DNA of 63,983 nt, the filler included, from Octopus bimaculoides (lineage: Eukaryota): assembly GCF_001194135.2 (NCBI RefSeq). It is 6 parts of 6 records of this genome, joined end to end, with 100 filler letters (N's around TTAATTAATTAA, not from the genome) between each part and the next. Parts side by side here need not be neighbours in the genome. Positions count along the whole stretch, not along the records: positions 1 to 16,225 come from NC_069005.1; 5 more parts are not named here. One strand, written 5' to 3'. The position numbers and the translations under genes were made by a program. The notes below the pieces were generated by a model that worked only from the letters and a program-made list of their open reading frames with translations, was not told the origin of the DNA and did no database searches. How positions within the stretch are numbered: position 1 is the stretch's first letter; each line of letters opens with the position of its first letter. Below, piece after piece: positions 1 to 11,860 of the stretch.

Positions 1-400
1 AGTAAGCAGAATAGAAACCGACACCAAACTGACCAATCATGGAAATATCAGCACCAGACTGCAGAGCTTCCATGAAAGCTTTAGTACCAGACTTAGCAAT
101 GGTACCCAGGTTGTTGACCATATCAGCCTTGGTCATGCCGATACCAGTGTCAATAATGGTCAATGTGTTATCCTCCTTGTTGGGGATGATCTTGATGTAT
201 AAGTCCTTGCCACTGTCTAGTTTGGACGGGTCAGTCAAAGACTCGTATCTGATCTTGTCAAGAGCATCAGAAGAGTTAGAAATCAACTCCCTGAGAAAGA
301 TTTCTTTGTTGGAATAGAATGTGTTGATGATCAAGCTCATCAACTGAGCAATTTCAGCCTGAAAGGCAAATACTTCTCCTTCATTAGTTTCAGTGGACAT
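1..400 (-). CDS. HSP90: Cytosolic HSP90 (Hsp83-type), first coding exon, N-terminal ATPase domain; continues beyond the left window edge
   Basis: Manual minus-strand translation from ATG at 400: [133 protein letters not shown] (133 aa, no stops). It contains the HSP90 signatures [30 protein letters not shown] and [12 protein letters not shown]. The ATG is preceded directly by a polypyrimidine tract + AG acceptor (TTTTTTTTTCTCTTTCAG|ATG). Confidence 0.98.
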   Translation of the reverse strand, partial: MSTETNEGEVFAFQAEIAQLMSLIINTFYSNKEIFLRELISNSSDALDKIRYESLTDPSKLDSGKDLYIKIIPNKEDNTLTIIDTGIGMTKADMVNNLGTIAKSGTKAFMEALQSGADISMIGQFGVGFYSAY

Positions 401-437
401 CTGAAAGAGAAAAAAAAAATCATTAAAGGCATCAGTG

Positions 438-600
438 ATTAGGCATTCAGATTTCTTTATCTAATGAAACGCTTATTTATTCACGTAGCTTTTAGATTTC
501 AATGATGTATCTGCATATTCGATAGGTGAGGTTGAATTTGGTCAGTTTTAACATAACATAAAATATTTCCGGCCAGATATGGCTGGATTAAATGCTAAAG
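438..600 (+). mobile_element. Non-autonomous MITE-like element (TTAACCCTTTAGCATT...AATGCTAAAGGGTTAA family, piggyBac-like ends), decayed
   Basis: Shares the terminal AATGCTAAAG and internal GGCCAGATATGG blocks with copies at 1222-1773, 11639-11860 and 17783-17965. Confidence 0.55.
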
Positions 601-1221
601 CCACTTGCTTAGGTGTCTGCAGCACAGACTAGATCTTAAGTTTCTTGCCAAGTCACATCATGATATATCAGAGTTCCCTTGAACCCTATCAACTCTACTG
701 TACCTCTGAACATGGTTGCTCACCTATTTCAAAACAATAAAGACATAATTGTTACTTTAATGATAGAGCAGGAAACTTGACACAAATGCCAAAAGATAAC
801 CACAGATCAAATAGTAGAGATTAAACTGGGCTGTGGATTAAGTTTCCCACTGAAGATATTCCACAAATTTTGTTGATTAATTTTTTTTACTCAAGGTTTT
901 TGGAAGGTGCTGTGAAGTGAGATTGAACTAGAAACCATGTAGCTGTTACAAATGGCTGTCAAACTTCTGCATATCACATTATCTTAGAGAAAGACATTGA
1001 AATTAATGTGATCCTGGATTTCCTTGCACATTTGAAGATAAATGTCTGTTCTTAAGTTAGCTCAAATATGGCTGACTTGAGACTAAACAAATATCAGTGA
1101 CAGCAGGCTATGACACCAGTATTGTGGTAGACAAGAGTCATTCTCAATGGTTTGACATTATTTGAAAATACAGCCACTTGAGCAATAACAAAATAGCCAA
1201 ACTGCTGACCACTTTACCATA

Positions 1222-1773
1222 GCCCTTTGGTGTTTAATCTGGCCATATCTGACCAAAAAATTCTGCCTATCTTATGATCAAACTAGCCCTACAATATTCT
1301 AAAAATTAAGTTACCTCATCAAAATCTCAAAGCTACAAGATAATTCATGATTAATTCAAAACAATGGGAATAAATGAGCATTACATTAGGCAGAATGTAC
1401 ATCAGGTGAGGGTACATGGCTCAGTGGTTAGGGTGTCGAGCTTACAATCGTGAGGTTGTGAGTTTGAATCCCTGACTGGGCTGTGTGCTGTGTTCTTGAG
1501 CAAAACACTTTATTTCACATTGCTCCAGTTCACTCAGTTGTAGAAATGAGTTGTGACATCACAGGTGCCAAGCTGTATCGGCCCTTGCCTTTCCCTTGGA
1601 TAACATTGGTGGCATGGAGAGGGGAGGCCGGTATGCATGGGCGACTGCTGGTCTTTCATAAACAACTTTCCCTGGACTTTTGCCTAGAAGGGGAACTTTC
1701 TAGGTGCAATCCCATGGTCAGTCATGACCAAAGGGGGTCTCAGAACATTAGGCAGAGTAATTTGAATGCTAAA
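1222..1773 (-). mobile_element. Same MITE family in opposite orientation, interrupted by a SINE
   Basis: CTTTGGTGTTTAATCTGGCCATATCTGACC at the left and TTTGAATGCTAAAGGTTTA at the right; SINE at 1406-1741 inside. Confidence 0.55.
1406..1741 (+). mobile_element. tRNA-derived SINE (family D)
   Basis: Pol III A box (TGGCTCAGTGGTTAG) and B box-like (GAGTTTGAATCCC). A near-full inverted copy lies at ~17214-17545. The direct repeat ACATTAGGCAGA flanks it (TSD-like). Confidence 0.8.
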
Positions 1774-3134
1774 GGTTTAGGCTAAGGACAATGAACAAAT
1801 CCTTTCATTGCTTTACAGATATCTTAGAGGATGAATTCAGCTTGGACTGTTGTCTTAGATATGCATCTAAAATTTATTTCCCAGGTATAGAAAACAGACT
1901 TCATAGCAGGTCTAAATACACTAGTAATAGACCTATTCACTAGTCCTGCTTCAGGCTTCCCTGTATTGCACCAGCAATAGCTACATAAGGGAGCATACTA
2001 GCAATCATTCAACCAGATAGAAACAGTAACCTAATCTAAAATTAACATCTTAAATAGTCTACATTTGAATGTCAGTCCATTCAAAGATGACCTAGGGCTA
2101 AACAATATGTAATGAATATTTTAAAAAATGAGAAGCAAAGTAAAAAAAAGATCAAGATAAAATCTCAAAAGAAAAAAAAAAACGTTTTAATGTCGAAAAT
2201 GGATAAATAGATATCAATGGCACTTGGTTACGAAATGGAAACTGATTCAGTGCCAAATGTCAACCAAACATAAAATTCAGCAAGATCACATCTTATTTGA
2301 TTCATAAACTTTCCTGTAAAGTGTAAAAAGTGGAATGTGCCAAGCGAGAAACGAAATTGGACCGGTACCAAGTTCCTGTAATAATAACTACATCAATTCT
2401 TTTAAATGAATTCCAATCACATCTAAGATATTAGGAATCAATCTCATTACTTAACTGATATTTTATTGATCTTAAAAACAAGAACGGCAAAGCTAACCAC
2501 ATTGGGATTTGGACATAAATACTACAGGTACCAACACGAGAAATTATTGTGGAGGGGTGTTAAAAAAAAAAAAAGGATATGAAAGCCTATATAATTTTAA
2601 CTGTGTGTGTGTGTGTGTAGTACAAACACTACATTAGGTATACAATTTAGGTTTTTGTCCATTATTAGCTAAAGCCCTGTCTTTCAAGCCAGGTTGCTGT
2701 ACATCATAATCCACTTGAGCAGGGAGCTATCTGCCAAAATGCATCTGGATGTTTTGCTTGGTATTTCTTGGAGGAATTTGTCCAAATACTGTTTGAATGT
2801 TATGGGGGTCATTTTGTGATTTCTCTCAGAACAATGTTGAATTAAAAAAAAACTTGTGGAGTAGTGTTTTTCAAGGGGATTTATGGCTCCAGGACCTAAG
2901 CCCTGGTGACTTGTGAATTTGACACCAGTATCATTTTCATAGTGTTAGTGGAATATTAACACCATTGGTGCAAATAATGTAGTGCCCATGGCAGCACTGG
3001 GGGAGAAAATAGAGATGATGTCAACAATCAAGGCCTGCCAGGTTCACTTTCGTTTTCTATGATTGATCTTTGGAGTGCTTCAATTGCTCTGAGTAAAGAA
3101 ACAGGCAGCAGTACTCAAGGTGCGAGTTGATAAA

Positions 3135-3191
<57 letters not shown>

Positions 3192-5850
3192 CATGACCAT
3201 ATTCTGCAGACCAAATTAAGTATATTGTTGATGTGTGTACTCTTGCTTAGGCTGCTTTCCACAGTGCCATGTAAGCCTAATACAATTTGATGCTACAAAG
3301 AAGGGAAGAGAATATGGCTGTTAAAAGTATAATCCTCTTTTTGAAAGCTTGAATTTTTCCTAGTTTAGCAGCATGTGTTTTACTCATCGAATCACTGAAC
3401 TCTAAGATCAGATTGGAAATTTTGCTTTGTCACAAATTGTCTTGATGACTTTCTAGAGTTTAGAGTCATATGCAAAGATTAAAAATCATTTTTTATTTTG
3501 TTTGACGACGTTTGCAATGTCATTCATATGACGACAAGATAAACAGAGGTGGGCGAACACAGCACAGACTTAGCAAGGTCTTGAGTAAATTCTATTGATT
3601 ACATGTTGGGTTCAGTTTGTCAGGAAATATCCACAGCAGTAACTTAATTTCTTCAGTTGTGGTTGACTGTCAAAAGCTTGACTGATGCTGTAATAAATGA
3701 CATTTGCATTGTTGCCCTCGATCAGAACATTTAGGATGCCATCAAATTAGTACAGGAGTTGTCAGTAAGTCTCCAACCATAAAAACCATGCTAGTTGGCA
3801 TCTAAGTTTAAGAAACATAGTTTAAAAAGGCTCTAACAAGCTGGGCTTAACTCCATTGTATAGTTTAGCATGGGTTTCTACAGTTGAATGTCCTTCCTAA
3901 TGCCAACCATATTATGTATACTGGGTATTTCTTTTTCATGGCACAGGCGCAAATGAGGTCAGAAATAACCCAAATGACAGCCTTAACTGGGTGGTAGGGG
4001 GGATATTAAGGAAGGTGAATTCGTGTCACATGTTGAGAGGCTAAAGAAGGATAGAAACAAGTGTCTTGCTATAAAGGAGATCATGGCTATCCCAGCTGGA
4101 GAGAAAGAAAAGATAGTGGTGATGGGGTGTTAGGGTTTCATACAATCTGAATAAAAGAATAGAACAGGACTGAGATGGGCGAATGGCTAGTTTTCATGAA
4201 TGTGAAAGGGGGAGGGATAGCTGGTTGAGATGTGAAAAAAGTGAACAGGGAACATGGGTAATCATTGGTGAATACTAGTTTGTGGGGTAGAAAGGGAGCA
4301 ATAAAAAAAATATGGAATAGAGTAGCCGTATAATAAAACCGTAGATAGAGGAGAAATAGGGATACGAATGTAAAATCGAGTTGGATGTGGATGAGAGTGG
4401 GGTGCCCAGTGACATATGTAGAGGGCGATATCGTGAGTGACGTATAAAGATTGGGGAGGGCGCCGATGGTAGATATAAGAGGGGGTGGTGTTCAGTGGTA
4501 AATTAAAATAGCGAGAACGCGGGACAGGTGACAAAAGGAACTAATTCCAAAGAGAGAGAGAGAGAACTGGTAGTACAAAACAGGAATGAAATCTGTAATT
4601 CTGATAATATAACCGAGGATGAGTAAATAGTGCTGTAGTTCAAAAGAACGATGGAGGGATATGAATTGTGAAGGTCTGAAGGAGACAGATTTGGTGCAGA
4701 GGAAGACATAAATGAGACTATATTAAAAATATATTGTGACATCTACATGCTTAGGATGAGATTTCTTAAAACTAGATCTATTAAATTTTCAGATTTTTGT
4801 TTTGAACAAACATTTAAAATCTGCGTAATTCTCCACCCCCGGCCACTTAATTATTAATCAGAAACTAATTAGCGTCAAGGGATTTTGCAGCTGTTTATCA
4901 TTTTGTTTGCATAAATGTCATATAAAATATTAGAAGTGTCTTTCCAATGTAATTACGTTCTCATCGTAATGGTGAGGCAGTATTTTTTAATTTTCAGAAA
5001 GCAAAACAGTTCAATATCAAATATTTTATTGAATACATACATTGCTTTTTCTATTTTGTAAGACGTTACAATAGATTCATGTTCGTCATCCATGTAATTA
5101 ACATAAATATATTGGCGGAATTCTGGTCTAAGCATCCCATATCACCCCTCAGTTTTATTTTTTGGAATTTTCAGAAAACCCAAAAGAACATCAATACATG
5201 TCGGAGTGATAAAGAAACAAGGAAGGTTTGTCGTGGTTGTAAGATGTGGTAAAATTAACAGCCAAATCGCCCTTAATTTACACAAAAAGTTTTTTTTTTC
5301 GTCCATAATTGTATGAACTCCCATTTGTAGGGCAAAAATTCGCAAAAAACTTTCTGAAAATTCCCCAAAATAAAAAAGTTATGAGGTGTTACAGGGGGGG
5401 GGGGTGCTTAAACCAGAGTGCTGCATTCTCAAAATTGGTTCGAGATTCCTAATTAATATTAACACAATTTAGGCTGTAAAAAAATAAAATTTTAGCAGGA
5501 AATTTTTTTTAGCAGAGTCAACATCAATATTAAAAACATAAATCCCACCAAAAAAAGAAAAAAAAAGTGGCTATCAATAGAATGCATATATAGTAGAAAC
5601 GGAATACTAGATTAATTTCTTTATAACGTAGAGAACACAAAAGATCTAAAAATGGTTCGGAGAAGGTGAGTGCGTGGTGGTGGTGATGTTTCATAAAGAA
5701 GGAAAGGATTAATTTTTCTTTTTAGCATCCTTGTATAAATTTTAGGAAAAAAATTCAGAATTTTTTCCTTAAAATTTGGCTTTATTCCCCATTTCTATAT
5801 TATTTTCCTTCCTCCACGAGGACAGCTATTTGCAAACCTATCAAGCGTGC

Positions 5851-5906
5851 GGAAGATTCCCGGTGTTTTTTTCTGGTGTGAGAAAATGAAATATCTGGAA
5901 CATTCT
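5851..5906. promoter_or_regulatory. Heat-shock elements (inverted nGAAn arrays)
   Basis: TGAAA-TATCT-GGAAC-ATTCT at 5887-5906 (4 alternating pentamers, one mismatch) and GGAAG-ATTCC at 5851-5860, upstream of an HSP90 coding exon. Confidence 0.6.
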
Positions 5907-6166
5907 ACACTGTGGTTAAAAAAATACAACAGCTTATAGATTCACATTAGCAATTTTTTTATAATACATTTAAATTTCATATAATACATTGAAAACATGA
6001 TACATGGAATAAGTTAGACGAAGAAATCTGTCTGACAAGAGAACGGATAAATCCCGTTTCATTCATTGTTAGATAAATGGCCACTGAAGAATTTATATTA
6101 CAAACCTTTCTGTAAAAGAGGAAATATCGATAAAGGAACAAATAATAGAATTATTGAGACACATAC

Positions 6167-6300
6167 CTTGGATGATGAAAAAATTCTGATAAATTAAGAC
6201 AAGTTAATATGAGAGAGGGGTTGTACACAGACAGAAGTATTTCTGCTGGTGAATCGGCCTCTTCGCTCTCAGTGAGTGAGAAAGAAACTACTACAACACG
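6167..6300 (-). other. Candidate non-coding exon 1 (5' UTR) of HSP90
   Basis: Minus-strand donor CAAG|GTATGT at 6167/6166 in a CpG-enriched, promoter-like stretch; TATA-like TATATAA at 6336-6330; splicing would give ...CATCCAAG-ATG. The 5' boundary is a guess. Confidence 0.45.
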
Positions 6301-6898
6301 TGGTGAAGGAAGTTAGTAGCGGCGACCAATTATATATACATACACACACACATATACACACACACATGTACATACACATATAGGCAGGCAGAGCCAACTA
6401 AAGGGCCATAACTCCGTTAATAGAGATTAAAAAAAAAACATTTTAATATCGATAAACACCAGTGGTTCTTAACCATTTTTTTTTTGCATGTGGACCACTT
6501 TGATTCCTATTTTACTCAACTAGATCTAAACACGTGTATAAACACACTCATATATACTTATATACACACAATGGTATATTCAGTCATACTCACCCAACTA
6601 CACATACATAAACACATGTATAAACACACTCACTTACATACATGCGCATACAATGATATATTCATTTATATGCACACAACTACACGCACATACATACATA
6701 CACATATATACTTATATACACGCAATGATATATTCAGTCATACACAACTATACACATGTATAAACACACTCAGTACATACATACATGTATGCATATGTGT
6801 ATGTAATTTACGTATGTATATATTGCACATTCATGCATTCATACATACATGCATGCACACATGTATGCATCCATGCATGCATATATACATACATGGTT

Positions 6899-7560
6899 AG
6901 ACTACATGAAAACCTTTGACTCTGTTCCCCACTCATAGATGTTAGAAGCCCTTCAACTTGATAAAGTTCCAGTCAGTATAGCCTAAGCCATAGCTGACCA
7001 GACTTCATCGTGGGCCACCATCTTGAAATTAAACACGATTAGTGATTATTATCACTGATAGAATACAGTATTGCAGAGGCACATTCCATGGGGACAGCCT
7101 CTCTGTGATGTTTACACTTTCTATAAATCCCTTGTCATTCATGTTGAGGAAGTCTGAAGGATATCTCATTGTTTCATATGTGTATTTCGTGTGCAAGGTT
7201 CTTGATGTGGATACGTGTGTTGAAAGAAATACAATTAAACCTTGGGAGAGGCATTATGCCGGTAATAAACACACGCACTGGTTCAGTCCTTAAATTAATA
7301 AAGGACTGAACCAGTACGTGTGTGTTTATTACTGGCATAATGCCTCTCCCAAGGTTTAATTGATATCTCATTGGTTCACAAGCAAACAGAAATACCAAAA
7401 GTACATACTGTTTCTTTGTGGACGGTTTGAAACCTTATGCAAAGAATATGCATAAGATGAAAAAGATCCTTGGCCTGGTTACAACATTCCCAGTGAATGT
7501 AGGGTTGGATTTTGGTCAGGATAAATGTTGTTATATGCTTGTGAAAGTGGGGAAACTGTA
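6899..7560 (+). pseudogene. Non-LTR retrotransposon reverse transcriptase fragment (R4/Dong-like), decayed and interrupted by a palindromic insertion
   Basis: Motifs DYMKTFDSVPHS, RGTFHGDSLS..TLSINPLSFML and FVDGLKPYAK...VGLDFGQDKC, with stops and frameshifts. Confidence 0.7.
7232..7362. repeat. Near-perfect palindrome (60/62-bp arms, 9-nt loop)
   Basis: Arms 7232-7291 and 7301-7362 differ by 2 substitutions and one 2-nt indel. Confidence 0.95.
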
Positions 7561-8814
7561 AACTAAGCTAGCAACATCTCCATCGATGACTTGACTGTTT
7601 CCCCTATATCTGATGAGGAATGTTAATGACTGAAATAAGTAAAAGAGAGAAAAAAAAGAGAGAGTAGTAATGCAGTTTTTACTTAACTATATAGACCTAG
7701 TTAATAATCAGTTTGAGAGTGCCTTTTGGGTCTCTTACACAAGAAAAGTGTCCAATGAAGACTCAAAAAAAAAAAAAGGGCTTCAGACTACACTCTGGCC
7801 TACCAATTCTTAAGCAGACTCTCAGGAATCTATAGCATTCCTAAAGTCTAAACAAAAGGGTCTACCTCAACCCTGAACTCCATTCATGTAGTATTTGTTT
7901 ACATGTTACTTTTCCAGCTCTACAAGGTATTTAAAATTTTTTTAATTCCCTGCTGTTTATTGGCAATCGGCAATTTATCACTTGGCCAAGTTTTAGCAAG
8001 TCAGGCTACTTTAGATTTCTTTTTGATAGTATGACCGTTGTTATTTGTCTGCCAGTAACTGGCTCATCTTTTTCACCATCAATTTGACTCATCCTCTTCT
8101 AAAAATACTTCCACTTTGAATCATTGCCATTTTCCCTTTCAAAATTCAGTAAGGTTCTATAAGATACCATGTCAAGCTAATACTCATTATTTATTAACGA
8201 GGCATCAAATGACAACTGCAAACTTTCACAAATATTCCACCATGTTTGACCAATACTTGTTTTGTTTCCCAACGAATAATAGTATCAGAACCTAACTACC
8301 TTTCAGATTCAATTCTTTTTTTTAGTACACAAGGTCCTGAGCAAGAGATGCTCTAATTTGTCGTCTTAAAGCCCTTCTAAGCTTTGTGGGAGATTTGCAT
8401 TCAAACTCCCTGCAATAATCTCAGTTGTAGAGACACTCATCATAAAGCTGGTGGTTGACTAACCAATACAGACCATAGGCTGGAACCCTTTCCAAACACC
8501 AACAGGTTACAACTCAACCCATGACAATTATGTAGAGTATTTTTAGCACACACTGACTAGCCCAGAACAATTTCAAGAATACTTGCAATCATTCAGTGTA
8601 TGAGCTATCATCTCTCCAAGAATTCCATTGTGATGTTCAACCACATTACTACTTCAGGGATTTTATGCTGCAGTAGTTCTTGCAATTACATTTAAATTTT
8701 GACACATATCTTGAAGTGCTGGTTGTCAAATTTCCTTCCATTGTCAGAAAAGTTTTTCAATGGATCAAAGTATTGTCCTTTCTACTAAAATTTGGTGGAT
8801 GGGGACTAGTTGAT

Positions 8815-8980
8815 TACATCGACTCCAGTGTTTTACTGGTACTTAATTTATTGACCCCCTCCAAAAGGATGAAAGGCAAAGTTAGCCTTGGCAGAATTTG
8901 AACTCAGAACGTAATGACAGACGGGGTACCGCTAAGCATTTCGCCTGGTGTGCTGACAAATCTGCCGGCTCGCTGCCTTG
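8815..8980 (-). mobile_element. tRNA-derived SINE (family C)
   Basis: Reverse-complement head GGCAGCGAGCCGGCAGA...GAGTTCAAATTCTGCC; related copies at ~10868-10945 (-), 23616-23830 (+), 43036-43255 (+). Confidence 0.75.
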
Positions 8981-9042
8981 CCAAGCATTTTGTCCTCCAC
9001 AGTAATGATTCTGCTAGTTCACTGCCTTATAACAATATACAA

Positions 9043-9426
9043 GTGGAGGCGGAATGGCCTAGTGGTTAGGGCAGCGGACTTGCGGTCATAGGATCGCGGT
9101 TTCGATTCCCAGACCGGGTGTTGTGAGTGTTTATTGAGCGGAAACACCTAAAGCTCCACGAGGCTCCTGCAGGGGATGGTGGCGAACCCTGCTGTACTCT
9201 TGCACCACAACTTTCTCTCACTCTTACTTCCTGTTTCTGTTGTGCCTGTAATTCAAAGGGTCAGCCTTGTCACACTGTGTCATGCTGAATATCCCCGAGA
9301 ACTACGTTAAGGGTACACGTGTCTGTGGAGTGCTCAGCCACTTGCACGTTAATTTCACGAGCAGGCTGTTCCGTTGATTGGATCAACTGGAACCCTCGAC
9401 GTCGTAAGCGACGGAGTGCCAACAAC
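9043..9426 (+). mobile_element. tRNA-derived SINE (family B), full length with TSD
   Basis: A box TGGCCTAGTGGTTAG, B box-like GTTTCGATTCCC, (AAC)n tail, 12-bp TSD AACAATATACAA (9031-9042 / 9427-9438). A highly similar copy lies at 15782-16104. Confidence 0.88.
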
Positions 9427-10260
9427 AACAATATACAATATTAACCGCCGCCACCACCATCATCATTAAGTCTGCATCTCCCCATTTGCATGGGTTGGAC
9501 AAGTCAACTTCAGCGCATCTTCCCACCTGTTTCTGGTCCTTTATTATCTCTTTGTGAGGCTTAACATCTTATATCAGTTTGATAAAGAATGTAAATTATA
9601 TATATATAAAAAAAAAAGAAAAGAAAGAAGCTAAAACTAATATAAATCAAAGAAAAAATAAACACCATTGTTATAGTTTTAAATATACATTCTTTAATTA
9701 AAGATATACCAAATAAATTTATATTCAAAAAGACACAAAATATATTTTGTAAAATTCTTTGAAGTAGTGCAAAGGTGAGAATATAAATGATTTGCATTTG
9801 AGTGTGATAATGAAAAATAATTGTGTAAAAACGATAGGTATATATCTAGTTAGATGCTGACAAAGAGAAGTCTATCTTTATTATTGTTATTATTATTTAT
9901 TTAATGATAATTTTAAATAAGAATAAAATTTACATGATTTTTCTTCTCAAACAGCTGAAAATACAATTATATACATTCTTTGATTAGTTGTTTGGCATTT
10001 CTGAGTTCAGAACCATAAAGTTTGAATCTCTAAGATAGTTCTTGGAAGCAGATCATTTTAATGCAGAAAGTGTAAGAATGAATGACAAATAAAATCTTAG
10101 TAATTCATTAAGAGGAATACAAGAGAAAAAAACATACGTAGCTTTAGGTACACACATAATTTTTGAGATATATTTACATATTTTATTGTATGTGCCATAG
10201 ATGAGACTGTTTCAACAGAAACAACAAAGAACATACAATTGAGGTTGGAATAAAATAAAA

Positions 10261-10557
10261 TAAAGAAGTGATTTTAAATTCCCAATCGCAGAATAATGCT
10301 AATAATATAGCCTGAACAGGATAAACTATCCCTATTTTGCAGAGAAAAGTGTAGGTGGCTAGCTAATTTGCAGAGGAATTTGTAGTGGGTAGTTTAGCTT
10401 AATCAGTCAAAGCATCGTGACATGTAATCACAGGGATGTGAGTTCGTGTCCACAGTTAGCCACCTACACTTTTCTCTGCAAAATAGGGATAGTTTATCCT
10501 GTTCAGGTTATATTATTAGCATTATTCTGCGATTGAGAATTTAAAATCACTTCTTTA
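10261..10557. repeat. 101-bp inverted repeats (2 mismatches) enclosing a tRNA-like sequence
   Basis: Arms 10261-10361 and 10457-10557; the spacer contains a degenerate cloverleaf at 10388-10461. Confidence 0.92.
10388..10461 (+). pseudogene. tRNA-Thr(TGT)-like pseudogene or SINE head
   Basis: D stem GCTT/AAGC; anticodon stem CGTGA/TCACA with loop CATGTAA (TGT at 10423-10425); T arm GTGAG-TTCGTGT-CCAC. Non-canonical positions: U33->A, D-loop GG->AG, one T-stem base missing. Confidence 0.55.
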
Positions 10558-11638
10558 ACTTTCTAAAAGACATCTCAATGCTTCTAAAAGCAGACTTCGT
10601 TTGTTTATTTACGTTTGTCGTAATTTGAATTTAAAATAAAATAATTTCTAAGATTCATTTGGATTCTACTAAATTAAAAGAAAAAATAATATATTTGTTT
10701 TCCGAATTCCTGAATTTACTTGGCCTAACAAGCCTTTCATTTTGTCATGTATCATAATCCAAAAATTAACAGAACACTAAATCAATAATGCAGAGCTAGA
10801 TTCATAATCTTGTGATTCAAGTTTCTTCATTAAACTACTCATATTATTTTTGTGTGATGGACAAACGGATTGTTGACCCCAGTGCATAACTGGTACTTAA
10901 TTTAACCACCCTGAAAGGATGAAAGACAAAGTCGACCTCGGCGGTAATTGTTTTTATGAGCTTTTGGAGGGATATTTACCACAAAAATATTGCAGTTCAT
11001 TTTCTTGAAAAACTATAACTATCTCTACCAAAATAAGCTGAAGTTTTTTGTCCTCAGATAAGTATTAAAATGAAGATTGATCCAGTTATGTTATTTTTTA
11101 CTTTTTCTGTTTTAATTTGACACAAAACAAATGCCCGAATGACACAGAACAGATGAACTTAAGTAATTTCCCCTTAAAATAAGATTTATTTGCAACACAT
11201 GAGTTTTTTTTTAATGATATTCATTGATTTTTGACATGTTAAATTTATGACAACATTAAATATGTGATTTATTCAGTGCAATGTAACAAGAAAACCAACA
11301 TATATACTAGTCAGATCAAATTTGGTGGCAGTGTTTGCTATGCATATAAAAAAGGAGTTAGTCAAAATTAGTTGAAATTTTCATTTGGGAGATTTCTATA
11401 ATCAAAAATATAAAAGCGAACGATCTTTTATAAAATATTTTAGTTTAAGAAGGAAAAAAACAATACTTTTTAAAAACATGAAAAACATTGTACAATAAAG
11501 TTTGAGTTAATAAACTGTACCAAAAAAGTATAGTTAAGAAGCTAAACACAGTTTCCAAACTGTGTGATTTCAAGTTCCATCCCACTGCATGGCGCTTCAA
11601 TCAAGCATCTTCAAACATTGCCTTCAACTGATTAAACA

Positions 11639-11860
11639 TTAATTCTTTAGCATTTAAACCAGCCAAAATGTATTTCCTGTTATACGTTCAAACTGGCCAG
11701 GTCCTGCCTTTCACACCTACCCTACAATGTCAGTGTAAAATTAAACAATAATATCACTGAAAGCTCAAATCTGTGAGATTTAAAAAATGCTTAATTTAAA
11801 AAAAAAAATGTGTATAAATAAGGATTACATTTGATAGATAATCTGAATGCTAAAGGGTTA
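11639..11860 (-). mobile_element. MITE with piggyBac-like ends
   Basis: TTAATTCTTTAGCATT at the left and GAATGCTAAAGGGTTAA at the right. Confidence 0.65.

Noticed and set aside
39-317. Plus-strand 92-aa ORF
   Set aside because: Antisense shadow of the HSP90 exon.
3138-3186. 49-nt poly(A) as a retrocopy tail
   Set aside because: No polyadenylation signal, TSD or recognisable retroposed body.
4262-4742. Minus-strand ORFs in a purine-rich block
   Set aside because: No recognisable domain; probably an old repeat remnant.
5652-5672. Plus-strand ATG...AG|GTGAGT mini-exon
   Set aside because: No downstream plus-strand coding exons could be linked; a single donor-like hexamer is weak evidence.
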